Positions 24,701 through 37,700 of a stretch of DNA of 64,000 nucleotides are shown here, in pieces (within the stretch, counting starts at the first letter, position 1; each line of letters opens with the position of its first letter). The position numbers and the translations under genes were made by a program. The DNA is taken from positions 23,064,001-23,128,000 of the forward strand of contig CM114271.1 in assembly GCA_050084515.1 (NCBI GenBank). Reading direction: 5' to 3'. Source of the stretch: Blasia pusilla (taxonomy: Eukaryota). The notes below the pieces were generated by a model. The model did no database searches, was not told the origin of the DNA, and was given only the letters and a program-made list of their open reading frames with translations.

Positions 24701-25972
24701 CCAGGTGAGAGTTTGTGTGAGGCTTACACTCGCTTGCGCTAGTTAATCAACATCACTCAAGGGATGACAGAGGATCAGGCTATCCAGTCATGGTACGCGA
24801 TGTTAGACTGGACCCTGCGAACACATGTGCGGGAGGGAGTGCTTCTAATGAATACCTCCCCTATATTGAGAGATGTTTTTAGGACCCACGAGAACATTGA
24901 GCGCAACATAGCGGAAGAGAGCGTAGCCACCATGGATTATGGGTGAGAGCAGTGATAATTGCCTGCATCACTAGTGGAGTAACGTGGAATCCAAGATAGG
25001 TCGATTGTGGCACCATGAGCTCAGGGAGGATATTGGGAGACCGTGCCACAAAGACCTGCACCTTCATATGCGGCTCAGCAGCAGCCACCTACGATTACTT
25101 GTTGGTCATGTGGTGGAGCCCATCATCAACGTGATTGCACTCGTCAAGGTCATGGACATGTGCCTCAGCATGGAGGAGGAGATGGTGCTACACCAAGAGG
25201 TTATCAATGTGATCATTGTCAGAGGTTTGGTCATACATGCACCAGGTATTTCAGTTTACATCCTGAGTTACGTCCAGACGGAGGGCCAGAGAGGGCACCA
25301 AAGCGAGTAGCCGGTTCGAGCGAGCCTAGAGATTGTGCACCAGGTGGTCCCGTTGGAGGATGAGAAGCTGGAGTTGCCCGACAGGGTGGTGGAGCTGCCC
25401 GTGGAGGAGGTAGAGTCCCACCAGCTAGATGCATAGAGAGAGATGTCGAGCATGAGGCTAGGATGGCTGCTCAGATACATCTGCTTCAGGAGCAGATTGC
25501 CGCTATGGCATTGAGATTACTCGATGTCGGATCCATGGCATCGACATCATATGGAGCAACGAGAGATATGGAGGATACTGGTTGGATGTGCGGAGTTTCC
25601 CAGATGGAGGCCGCCGTAGTTGTGACGCGTGGAGTAGCCAAAGAGTTTGATCCATAGCGAGGGGAAGCCAAGAAACATACTAGGCTTCCTTAGCCTTTCA
25701 CGTTGTCCGAGGGGATGAGGATCCCATCGATGGGTCCTGATGATGTTGGTGTGCAGGCACGGAGGACGATGGAAGAAGCGAGTGCAATGACTCCTATTGC
25801 TGATGCTTAGGAGGGGCATGTGTCGAGCACGTTGTTGGGGGCGGCCACCATTGTGTATCGCGCTCCTTTATTTTCTGCTTCCGATGTTATGACATTGGGA
25901 GGTATGTCCGCCGAGGTTTTTCGGTTGGCCACTATGCTATGTGAGTGAGGAGTTGGCATTCTTGCATCACGT

Positions 25973-27238
25973 TGTCGTATAGTAAAATCAACCAGTGTGT
26001 AAACTCCTTCGTCATTAAGTGTTAGATAGAGTTTCATTAGTATTAAGTAAATTGGCTTAGAAAAAGGAGATTCTTATGTTTAAACCTCTTTTATGCGGGC
26101 CCAACTTTAGGAAAAGGAGGTAATAAATAAAAGATGACTTTATAAAAGTAAAGTAGTTGCTTTAATGAAAAGCAAAAGTAGTCTTGGTTGGTGGCTAGGT
26201 TAGTTGGGGTAATTTGGAAAATATCATGTGGGTAAAAGAGGATATTTTGGAAGAGATAAGAGGAAATCTACTTGTGTCAAAATGTGATTGGCTAAGCCTT
26301 GAGAGGAAGCCATGTGGCACAAGATAAGATAAGCTCTATTTCGTACTCTTGTGGATCCCTTGTGAGTATATAAAGAGGAGGGACCTTCAAGGGTTCATCA
26401 CCTTCTATTCCACATCTTGAGTCTCTCGTGTCTCTCTTGAGTGTATGGCTTTGGGATTGCTTGCTCTTCCAATGAGAGTGGATCATCCCTCTTGGGAGAG
26501 TAACTTGATCATGGTCTATTCTTCGAGAGGTTTCTAGAGTGTGGTGTGTGTGTGTGTGTGTGGGGATGAGAGGTTTGTCACCGTAGAGGAGTTTAGTCAT
26601 ACTAAAATAGCGGATGTTTTGGCTTGTTACTTTCCCAATGAGAGTGGATTACCCCTCTTGGGAGAATAACTCCGCCAAAACCCATTCTTGAGGAGAGTAG
26701 AGAATGTCTGTCAAGCATGGATAGGGGTGGAGCACGAGCTGTGCCCGACTTTCCTTTCCTAAATCCTTACCATGTCAAGGTACTCTTTGTAGATAGGCAC
26801 TGGTTCACTCGCTATTTAGTTTATCACTTTGGGGAGGCGTTCATGAACCAGGTCATGCAATCTCCAACTCCGGTGATTCTTCCTATCGTCACATATGGAA
26901 GGACATGGGATTGTACTTTGTATGTCCTTATATAGCGATCCATGGATGTCAATAGGCCTGGTCAAGTAGGGTTTAACACCAGTTGTGCTATCTTCCTCGT
27001 GTACAAACGTAAAATAGTTTATAGGGATTTTATAGTTAGGAATTTCGGGGTCCGATGTTACGAAGAAGTGATCGCCTCGGCACTTCCATTTGTGATTTTC
27101 ATCGTGAGAGAATGGAGAGTGTACATCATAATTTTATATTGAAAAAGGAGAACTTATTAGAGAGTTCACCTTGCATCGACCGCATCTACCGCAGCTAGAA
27201 GGCCCGCCCTTGCTCGAAGAAAGATTCTCGACACGACA
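25973..27238. mobile_element. Solo-LTR-like insertion (1266 bp) with 4-bp TSD ACGT
   Basis: Ends TGTCGT...ACGACA; ACGT at 25969-25972 and 27239-27242; the empty site is visible in the copy at ~391-420 (-). Confidence 0.88.
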
Positions 27239-28185
27239 ACGTTCAGAGGTGATTGTAGAGGAGGTGATGGACCTGCCCTTGGAGCGGATGCTCGGGCCAT
27301 CCACCTTAGATTCATGGCATGGTACGGCTGCTAGGATGGCGGAGATGTGCGCTAGACCCGTGATAGAGTGTGCCATGGCTTCTCCTGGTGTTGTGTTGCT
27401 CGATAATTGAGGAGAGGTCTTCCAGTTGGAGAGGTCTTCCGGAGGTAGAGCTTTTAGTCCGTAGCGTGTCTTGTTGGATTCACGTGCGCAACGCTTGATC
27501 TTCGGGAAAGCGTCATTCATAGGATTGGGCTTGACGAGAGCCGATGTGGACCGTTGTCCATTTTGAATGTAGACATCCTTGGGTGGAGCGAGGACCACAC
27601 AGTTTATCATCCAACAGGAGGTTGTGGTGAGGATTTGCTCGAGATATCCTATAGATGAGTTTGTGGTGCGAGCCAAGGCGATAGTGACTGATGCAAAGTC
27701 CTACAACCTCTTGGTTGGTCGAGCAGTGTTATTCCCGATGGGTTTTTCCCTGGGTTATTGGGAGGAGTGAGCGTCCTATAGACTAGGATGGCAGTTAGGT
27801 GATGGCCGCCTTAGCTCATTACCCATTCGATTCATAGGTGTAGTGATCGAGCGACGTCCAGGAGAGATGGCAACCTTAGTAGCATTTAGCACTGCCATCA
27901 CTTGGCCTAGTGATTTGATTGAGGGACATGTCCATGTAGACGATACTTCCATTCTTGACATTTCTATGCAGAGGAGTGTCATCGTAGCCGCATCAGTCCG
28001 TGGAGGAGAGGTGCCGCTTTGGGGTTCGAGTGAGGAGCTTTGACGCTTAGCCACTGAGCATGTGCAAACCGCGTGGAGCGAGATGTTTGCACCAAAGTGT
28101 GACGGGTCACAGGAACCCCAGGTAGGCAGGAGTGCTACTATGATCCCTTTGGACACCACACGGATTGTGTGGTGCATCCCAGAGA

Positions 28186-29136
28186 AGGGTATTTGGGTGT
28201 TGGATCTCTTTGGAGGGATCAGCATTGGGTTAGCTGCTATTTTGGGCGTGCAACAATACCTGTATGTGGAGATTGATGATGTTGCGAGGCGCGCTTCACT
28301 TCACCAATTGGCGTTGTAACGTCTCCGTTTCCCCGACTTGTTGTTTTCATCCGCCATTCAGAGTTACCAAAGTTCCATACCAAGGGATATTTCATTCTTG
28401 GGGACGTAGGACTTGGATCAAGTAGGGACAATAGACTTGGTCATTGCTAGTTGACCATGTCAGGGCCAATCGAGTGGTGGACGAGGTAGCGGGTTAGCTA
28501 GCACTCGATCCAGATTATTTTGGGAGATGATGCAAATCTTGCAAAATTTATTGGAGCATTATTTATGTGCCAATTTTGGGCAATTTGAGGTCCCGCGTAG
28601 TGACGAGTGCACATCAAGTACGCGCATAGATCGGCCCGGAAGTGTTGTTAAATGCGGCAAGTGTGGGTTCACGAGCACATCGCCCAAATCTTTGGTGGAC
28701 CAACTTGGTACCACACGAGGTGTTACGGAGGGCATATGCAAGAGTGGAGTGCTCCTCTGATTTGTAGGTGGATTCTATATTGGATCCAGGCCATTGGTCA
28801 TAGGCAGCAAGGCTAGATGATTGACCGTCGTTGACTGTGGTCAATAGGATTGGCAAGCCACGCGTAGCCTTTCCCACATTGGTGAGTTTTCTCGCTTCCT
28901 ATGCATTCAAGGAGGCCAGACCTAACTTGGTTTGCGATGATCAAGTAAAGAGGTTGGTGGAGCCCAACGCCAATGAGCGAGAGCGAGTGATGGGATTCCC
29001 CATAGAAGTGACGGCAGAACCGTCACTATCAGAGGCATCACGATGTCATGTCTTGGGTCAGGCAATGGACCTGAACTGCTTGACATGGATTTTCAGCTTA
29101 GGAGTAGCTGAGCAGTGTCGTTTGAGGACACAATAG
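28186..29136 (+). pseudogene. Retrotransposon-encoded C5 cytosine DNA methyltransferase domain (DNMT3-like motifs)
   Basis: Motif I VLDLFGGISIG; II YLYVEIDD; IV IDLVIAS*PCQG...RSRLFWE; VIII LNAASVGSRAHRPNLWWTNL; IX/X ERERVMGFP...RCHVLGQAMDL. Confidence 0.85.
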
Positions 29137-32018
29137 ATCACAATTGTTGCGTTGGTGAGTCCCATGCCTACCGAGGCAGTTGAGGCAGCGGCTGGGGGCA
29201 AGACCCGAGGAGATCGACACACCAGGGGTGATTGAGAGAGACACCCTTGGACTTCTTGGGATGTTTTGCCGGTACGCCATGAGAGGATAGCCACAACATT
29301 GAGTGTGGTTCTGGGTAATGCACGTGGAGATGAGAGTTCTATTGTTCGAGACAGGATTGCACCATAGCAACCTTCGACACCCGCGTCGGAGAGTCCTACC
29401 GTAGTCACGATGGAGACTTGGGAGCGAGATATGGGCCCTAAGTTGATAGGAGGAAAGCAGTGCCGGATACACCAATTCCTTAAGAGTTATAGGACCTGTT
29501 TTGCATTAAGTATGCATGATTTGGGTACCCTGAAGGGTTTACGGATCCGCATTGAGTTGTCGAGCGACACACCGATCTTCCAATGACCCTAAAGGTATAG
29601 TGACATGGAGAGGGCTTTGATTCAAATTAGGAGCCAAGACTTGGTTGGAGCAGGACTAGTGGAGATGTCGCATGGAGAGTATGCATCTACCACTGTCATG
29701 CCCGCCAAGAAGGATGGCGCCAAGAAGGATCCGCCTATCCGTCCATGGCAATTGGACGGATAGGCGGATGTGTGGAGATTACCGACCTATCAATCGGCAG
29801 ACGAAGTTTGATAGGTATGCCATGCCCACCCTTGAGGAGATCTTTGATGCAATTGGGCATGCAAAGGTTGGATTTACGAGCCAGATACCATCAGTTGCCT
29901 ATCAGATTGGAGGACACGTAGAAGATGGCATTTTGGGGCATCGATCCTCACGAGAAGGATTGTTTGTATCAGTGGTGGTTCTTACCATTCGGGTTAAAGA
30001 ACGCCCTGGCTGAGTTTCAGAGGGTCATGGATAGGATCTTGGCAGGTTTGGATTTTGCTAGGTATTATATTGATGACATCGTAGTCTTTAGCGCCACAGT
30101 TTGAGGAGGATGAGCGACATCTAGAGGAGGTGTTTCGACGATTGCAATTACATGGATTGAAGCTACATCTAGGCAAGTGGAAGTTCTTCTATGACTAGAT
30201 TGAGGACTTGGGTCATACGATATATCCTGGGGGCCTTGGTGTGCAACAGACAAAGGTAGAGGCTATTTCACGCATTCCACGCCCTTCAAATGTGAGTCAA
30301 GTTCATGCGTTCATGGGATTGGCGAACTTCTATCAATAGTACGTCAAGGGTTTCAGTTGATTGCAAAGCCGCTAACCTTGATGACCAAGATGGATAAAGA
30401 ATGGCACTTGGGGGATGAGCAAGAGAGAGCATTTCAAATGCTCAAGGATAAATTGACATCCGCGCCCATATTGAGGAGACCGATCAGGGGACATCTTTTC
30501 CAGTTGCATACCGATTGGAGCATGTTGGGGCTTAAAGCCATGCTCACCCAACATGACGATGATGGTAGAGAGTTGATGATGGCTTATGCTAGTTGCTCGA
30601 ACAACACTGTAGAGATGAAGTATAACTCGTATGAGGATGAGTGCTTGGCTATAGTGTGGGCTGTCACACATTTCAGATGTTATCTATTCGACAATCCCTT
30701 TACCATCATTACTTATCATCAGCCACTTAAGTGGTTGATGGAGTCCGACAAGCTTACAAGAAAGCTTGCGAGGTGGGCTCTTTTGTTGCAGGAGTATGGC
30801 TTCCCAGTGGTTATAGACCTAGGACGCTCAACCAGGATGCAAATGGTTTGAGCTGTAATCCATGCCAGAGTCAACGAGATGCGATTGGAGCTCGTTGGCA
30901 TGGTGAGAGTGATGAGGAGTTGGTGCCAAGATGGCATGTGTCAGCCTTTTTGGGCTTGTAGGCTATGGAGAGCCAAATTTCTTGGACTTTGATGGCGAGG
31001 TGTGATGGAAAGTCCTAAGATCTAGAGGCCGGTGAGGAGACGACATGTGGCCGAGACATTCACGACCATGGAGTGGTCTTGGAGTACCTATGTACTGGCA
31101 GCGTCGCGAGCATAGTGGGTGCTAGAGAGCGGGATCGGATCCTACAGCAAGCCAAACGGTTCTGGTGGGAGGGCACACATGTGTTGCGAGTGTGGAAGTG
31201 CATATAGTGCCTCATCCTTCGCACAGAGTATGTTTGGTGCGTCATGCCCACGAGGAGGTGGGTCATTTTGGAGTGAAGCGGAGATACAGCTTGCTCCAGA
31301 TTCAGTATTGGTGGCGACGCATGCAGACTAACGTTCAGCAGTTTGATACCAGATGCATGGAGTGTGATCGAGTCTAGGCATCGTTCAATGCTCCAACTCC
31401 ACAGTTGCATCCACTTCCGATCATGGGTTTAGGTTATAGATGGAGTTTAGATTTTGCACGACCTTTGTCTTTGACAGAGCACCATAGTCGTTATGTGTTG
31501 GTGATGGTCGAGCACTTCTCGAGTGGATAGATTTGGTTGCATTGCCTGTCAAAGCAAGTGAGGAAGTAGCGTATACCTTCATAGATCGAGTGTTGAGTCA
31601 TTACGGTGCACCAGCTGAGGTCTTGACAGACCAGGGTACAGAGATCCGCGGGGAGTTTCAGGCCTTGTATGATCAGGCACTGATCGACCACCGCACTACT
31701 TCGTGAGGTCATCTTGAGGCGGATGGACTAGCGCAGCGGGTTGTGTAGATGGTGAAGAGAGGACTGTGCAAGTATGGCTTGTAGAGAGGTCACCTAGGAG
31801 ATTGGGACATTCAGTTTCTTTGGTTGGCGATGGAATACAGATTCAGCGAGCAGGCATCCTTAGCGTCTTTCTCACCGTACTTGTTGCCTTATGGCCGAGA
31901 GCCAGATTTACCTGCGGCCATTCGTCAAGATACTGGTAAGGTGTTGAACCTTGATAACCCTGATGTATGGATACGAGCCTCTTCGTAGAGGGCTGAGTTG
32001 TTTCAGAGAGTGATGCCC

Positions 32019-33299
32019 TATAATGTACAAGTGATTTTAAAATGGATCTTTTTACAATAATTTAATGAGTTCGATCCCTAAGAGGATCACGATTATGTGA
32101 AAAGAGAGTTCAAGATGACATTTATCTTGCAATAGTTGTAGTTAAGTGTGTAGAATTCACATTCAATGACTTATCAGTGTCTTCAAATCTCTCTTAGTAA
32201 TTAGATTTCTTTCCTCTATTCTCTCTAGTGGAGTTGAAATCACGCTCAGGTAGATCTTCACTCAACATCTAAGAACCTCATAGAGACCTCAACAAGAAGC
32301 TGGCTTCTCCTACTTTTGGAACTCAATCCGTCTAGGCAAACTACTCTCTATCGAACAGATTTCTTACAACTCCGTGTTGATTATTCTATTGATGAAAAGG
32401 TTCTCTGATTCACTCCTCACTCTACAGACCCAATAAGAATACTCAGACATATGCATCACACATCAGAATGAAGAAATTAGTGTTTTACTACTCCATCAAG
32501 AATGAGAAAGCTTCAAAGTGTATACAAGCTTGAGAGGGTACTACTCCTTTGCTCGGACCATTCCTACAGCATAAGGACTTCGTAAAAGAATGATGATGAT
32601 AGCTACTTTCATGCTTCTTAAATATCTTCCGGAGTAAGAGTGGTTCTAAGGATTCGAAGCGTTCTTGAGGAATCTGGTGTCTCTTCAACATTTGTAACTA
32701 CCTAGATCTATGGTGCTCTTTTCTTTTCCTATGATCCCTGTGAATCCGCTGAGCGTAACTGTACTAACTTCGTATCTGATAAAAAAAGTCACGCCTCTTC
32801 CTAGTCTAACTTTTCTAACGGTGTGTCGCTTGAAATCACTTTGAGTCTTAGCTTCGCTTTGCTGCAAAGTCTCGACCTCTTTTGCTTCCCTTGAGGACGA
32901 ATCTCTTTCTCCTGATCTGAAGACGAAGCGCTCCATTCTTCACTCTTGTTCTAGGTGCTTTGTGCTTTGTTGAAGAGCGAAGTACTTTGTCATCTTCTTC
33001 ATCTTCATCATGCTTCGTTCAAGAGCAAAGCACTTCATAAGCAGGTTCTTTATAAGGCTTCGTTGTCTTTTCCAAGCTTCGCTCTTAGTCTTTAGACTTT
33101 GTTACTGCGTTTCCATCTCCTCTAAGGCAAATCCTTGATTTTCCACCTCTCTGCCTTGTCCTAGGAGCTTCGTGATCTCTTTCAATATTACTCATTCTTC
33201 TACTACACAACCATAATATCCAAAATCATTATGTATACACAAATTTTCTTCGAATAAAAAGCTCTAAATCTTCAAAAGTACAAAATTGCGGGCATCACA
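32019..33299. mobile_element. Solo-LTR-like insertion (1281 bp) in the integrase, 5-bp TSD TGCCC
   Basis: TGCCC at 32014-32018 and 33300-33304; ends TATAATG...CATCACA; integrase frame (RVMP|MEFENL) resumes afterwards. Confidence 0.85.
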
Positions 33300-33619
33300 T
33301 GCCCATGGAGTTTGAGAACTTGGTGATTTCGCAACCTCGGGATACGTTGAGGTATGCAACTATTCAGGCAGGTGGTTATCGACCTACTATCCGGAGAATT
33401 CATCAAGAAGACTATGTCTACTTGCAACAGACGGCACCCACGACGTTGGATGTGATTGCAAGGCACACCATCTTGAGAGTGCGTGAGGTTTTTCCATCAA
33501 GTGTTCTCTTTTGGAGGGACGCGATGGTATGGTTTGGAAGGACCATGTGCGTAACTGTGCCCCATGTCATCTTCCGAACATTGACGGTATAGTTGATCCG
33601 AGCTTAGCAATAATTCCTG

Positions 33620-33771
33620 CAAGCTTGTGGTGTATGTTGTGTGATTCCGCCCGTGGTAGAGCCACTCTGCTAGTCTGTGATGGGTGTTCGAGAGGATGGT
33701 ATATGGCATGTTTGACGCCACCTCTAACTAAGGTTCCTCGGGGACGATGGATGTGTCCCAGATGTACATAG
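33620..33771 (+). other. PHD finger at the integrase C-terminus
   Basis: CMLC...LLVCDGCSRGWYMACLTPPLTKVPRGRWMCPRC; C4HC3 pattern with H replaced by Y in this copy. Confidence 0.88.
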
Positions 33772-34082
33772 AGTAGGTAGTTCTACATTCTGACTTGTGT
33801 CTGTGACATGGATGACAAGAAGGGGACTAATGATGGGACTACATGAGCACCTGGCCTTCTTGCTCTTAGCGTCCGAGAGATGTATGTCATGGTAGGTAGG
33901 AATAGATGGCTATCTGGACTTAGAAGGACCTAACCACCAGCTAGGGGGGCGATTGGAGATCTTTGGGTACTTCTTATCTCGTTATTTGGATGCCATGAGT
34001 AAGCATGGGATCATTCGTGTTTGTGTCTGTGTTTGGTGACAACAATGTATGTTGTGTAGCGATGTGTATATACACGACAACT

Positions 34083-34726
34083 CTCACGTCTTTTAGGATA
34101 GATCAATGAGATCTAGTAGAGCGCCTTTGTGAGTAGCGCAGGACATGCTCAATAGGTCGAGGATGACCTGCTGAGGCCCCGAGAAACCTGAGAGAGCAAG
34201 TTTCCCCTTCGTTTTGGCTCATTTGGAGCCATATTGAGGAGCTTACTTTTTTAGGTAAGTACCATTTTGAGTATATGATCGACGTTCTACTTTTGGTAAG
34301 TGACCCTTGATCTCCTACATCAGGTCAAGAGCCAAGGAAATGACTTGGGAGCATAGGTTACCATGGAGAGAGCTTGGGAGAGGGGAGGGGTATATCTCAA
34401 GGAGAGAGAGCTTGAGAGCTCATTATCTCTTTGTTGAACCTCTTGGCATGAGGCGGCGGAGCTATGGTCTTGCTTGCCTTGTGTGTGTAACCCAAGCCTC
34501 TCATTAGGAGAGTGGGTTGGGTTTGACATTGAGAGACATATGTGACAGTGCACACATATGAGAACTCTGATGTTGTGAGAGAGATTGGATCTTATTTTAT
34601 TGGAGATATTTTGGTACCTCTTGTCTCATTGTTTGGATGCCATGAGTTAGCATGGGATCGTGCGTGTTTGTGTGTCTATTCGGTGACAGCGATGTATGTT
34701 GTGTAGCGATGTGTATACGCACGACA
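34083..34726 (+). repeat. LTR of the DNMT/PHD Gypsy family
   Basis: TCACGTCTTTTAGGATAGATC...ACGACA; similar to 21997 onward and to 39696-40331. Confidence 0.8.
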
Positions 34727-37700
34727 GTTCTCCCCGTGGGAACCGTGACAATGGGTCTCAGAAGTCCTATGTCCCTTGGTCCTGTATTTATTTTGTCAAG
34801 TTTGATGATATCTACAAGCCATTTTACCCGCGATTAGGCAAGATTTCCCGGTTTCACGTATATTAGAAACAAGTTATAGCGTGATGCGACCCAAGGATCT
34901 TCCTTGGAGTTTCTGTGTCGTAACTCTTGCGGCTTGGAATGACCAAAGACCAATTTTCAGTTTGTTAAATTTTAGTCGTTGATCTTGGTGATGGGGATCC
35001 CCGCGACCCAAAACTTGCCCAGTGGGGACCTTCCCCTAATGGCTCCGGATTCAGGAGTTCCCACTAAGGACTAGGTCCCAAGTGCTATGTAGTCCTGACG
35101 ACTATGTAGATGGTCCTAAATTTTCCTTATCTAATCATACCACGCATTCTAATTTTCCATCACACCACGCGGATCGAACATCGAAATGGTTTGCACTGCA
35201 CAAAGATAGGGTGCAAGTCATTGGGATACTCATTACCTAGGATTCCCTATAACAAAGTTGCGGATGGAAAATTGGAGAAAGAAGGGAATTGGAAGACGGT
35301 GAAAGGAGGAAGAGTTCACTTCTAATTCTTGCATATCATGTGATTTGAATTATTGGTGCAGTGCGATGTGAATTCTTATTACAAGATGCAAAATTCTTAG
35401 AAACTCACCTTGCTCAACTAGATTTTAGCCTCTATGCACGTGGAATTGGAGTCAGTGTGGTGATTGCGCTTCATTTGAAGCTTTCAACTGGTGCTCAGAT
35501 TTCTATTGTTACTTTGGGCCCTGATAAAGGGAGCTGGATATTGTGGCATGTCGGCAGGTTTGATTAGTTTCCGTCCAATTTTCTTGCCTTCTTGAAGTCT
35601 TTTCAAAAAACATTTAGGTCAATTCCTGTTAGCGGCTCTAAGATTAGTCCCATGTGCAGAATACTCAAAATTGGAGGCTGATAGTAGAGGAAATCAATAG
35701 AACTTTGCAAGTGAATGAAGATATCCACCTCCATTACTTTTGTGATCTCACTACCAATTCTCAACGATATCTCGCTCACTTGAGTTCGATGAGGGTAGTT
35801 ATAGAATCTGGTAAGCAGCTAGCATTGTTAGTAACCTTCAGTGAATGGTAGAAGGAATTGTGAGATCACCATGGCAGCCATGAATGTATAGGGATGAGTA
35901 TCGGGCATGAGTAGCAACCAGCCCACCAAGATTGCATTCGACCTGAATGAATGTGGTTAAGATCTGCAATCGTACATAGCGAGAGAGTGGGAATAGAGAG
36001 AGGCAAATGAGGGTGGCATGCTTGCTGCTTGCATTGTTGCGACTACTGATTTACAATAGCATCTAACAAACACGTACATATAGAGATCGAGTGAGAGGGT
36101 GATCGTTGCTTTCCTGATTCAAAGGGGGTCCGGTCAAAGAGATCATGGTGTTGCATGCTTGTCTTTTCATTTTGGCTATAACTTCCGTTCCTTGATAGAA
36201 TCTTTGTGGTAGCTCCACAAGTATGTATGAGATTGAGATAGGGTGGGAGAGGGTTCAACTCCAAAGTCTTACACTTTACAGTGGATAGGGCTGGCCTCAA
36301 TCGCATTAGAGTGGGACATTAGCTTGTACATTCATTACAAATGCTCGCCTTTCAAACTCTACATTTAAATTCCCAATGACAGTCGAACAGAGACATGTAG
36401 CGGGATGGTTTGATCAATTGTGCTAGCTAAAGGGTTTGTGGTGACAGTTTGGTTTGGCAAGGATTGCAAACTTGGGTACATATATTATAAGTAGTCTCCT
36501 TCGACGGGGAATGTGCTTATGCAGATACAAACTTGTGTGTGCATAAATACACTTCTATGAGTAAACTCTACAAATAGAAGTGTGACCTCTGAGCTAGTGA
36601 CTACCTGATAAATGTAAGAGTATCTAGCCAATACAGTAGAAAGTTACACACAATAATGCATGAAATTTCATTATTTTTGGAGACACATAGCAGCAGGGAG
36701 ATTAGCGCAATGTGCTATCACAGGAACACTCATCACCATCATCCTTTGGCTTACTGCCATATGTAGCATCTGAAGATGATATATCCGAGCTTGCATACGA
36801 TGCCGTGCGGAATACATCAGCCCAAAAATTGTCACTTGATATCTCTAGGGAAGCAAGAATAACATCTTGGTGCAGATCAATTGGAAGATTTGGGTTTCTT
36901 CCGTTCAGATTTGGCACTAAAGTTGGAATATCTAAATATGCCTCAATCCAACAGTTTGGTATCCTTTGCATCTAGCATGGTTGATTCGCAAAGGTAAAAC
37001 TCTCCAATAGATGCTTTTTAAGGTTGTAGTTATGTTAATTATGGTTAGAATCTCAAAGTGTATATTATTTTGACACATTAAATATAAAAGAATGTAACAT
37101 TAACATTGTTATTGAATAGGAAATATAAGTCATATTCGAGAGATATTACTTTCGAACAGTGGATTGCCTTGCCATTGCACAGGATACAATTGACAACTCA
37201 AAAGATCTCGATGCTCATCTACTATTGTGAGCTATACCTCCTAATATTAGCGCATTCTCATTCAAGAGTATGAAAGCCTACGAAAACCACTATAGGGTAG
37301 AAGGGCCAAGTGGTGCGACACCCTTCTCCACTTATAATGTTGGATAGTATTCCTCATCGTCTTCAAAGGAAAGTGTTTCTTCAGCCAATCAAAAACAAAT
37401 TTCCTTTCCTTATGCCGTACAATCCTTGTCAACACAGGTAAAGTGATAAAGATGTTCATCTTCCATCGTCTTTGTGGAGTCAAGAATGCTTGGAGATATG
37501 GGAGTGTGGACTGTAAGTATTGTGGGTTGAGGCACGACTACTTTGCTGGATTCTCCTAGATAGAACAACCTCTCTCGCGGTACGTTGCTATAATGACAGT
37601 GAAAGCTTAATTATTAGCCTCATGGTGGCTACCTTTGAACTTAGGAGAATCCTGAGTCCTCAACATGCTCTTTCCCTTCAAATTTGTAGACTTTCTAGCT

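Larger units (their letters stand above)
21997..34079 (+). mobile_element. Degenerate Ty3/Gypsy element: gag-PR-C5 DNA methyltransferase-RT-RH-IN-PHD
   Basis: LTR-family sequence begins near 21997; gag ~24200-25650; PR ~27465; DNMT ~28186-29136; RT ~29560-30330; RH ~30450-30860; IN ~31200-33500; PHD ~33620-33770; PPT-like AGCTAGGGGGG ~33939; LTR 3' end ACGACA at 34079. Boundaries approximate. Confidence 0.85.

Noticed and set aside
34990-35070. GGGGATCCCC/GGGGAC...CCCC motifs suggesting a MITE
   Set aside because: No paired TIRs or TSD could be identified.
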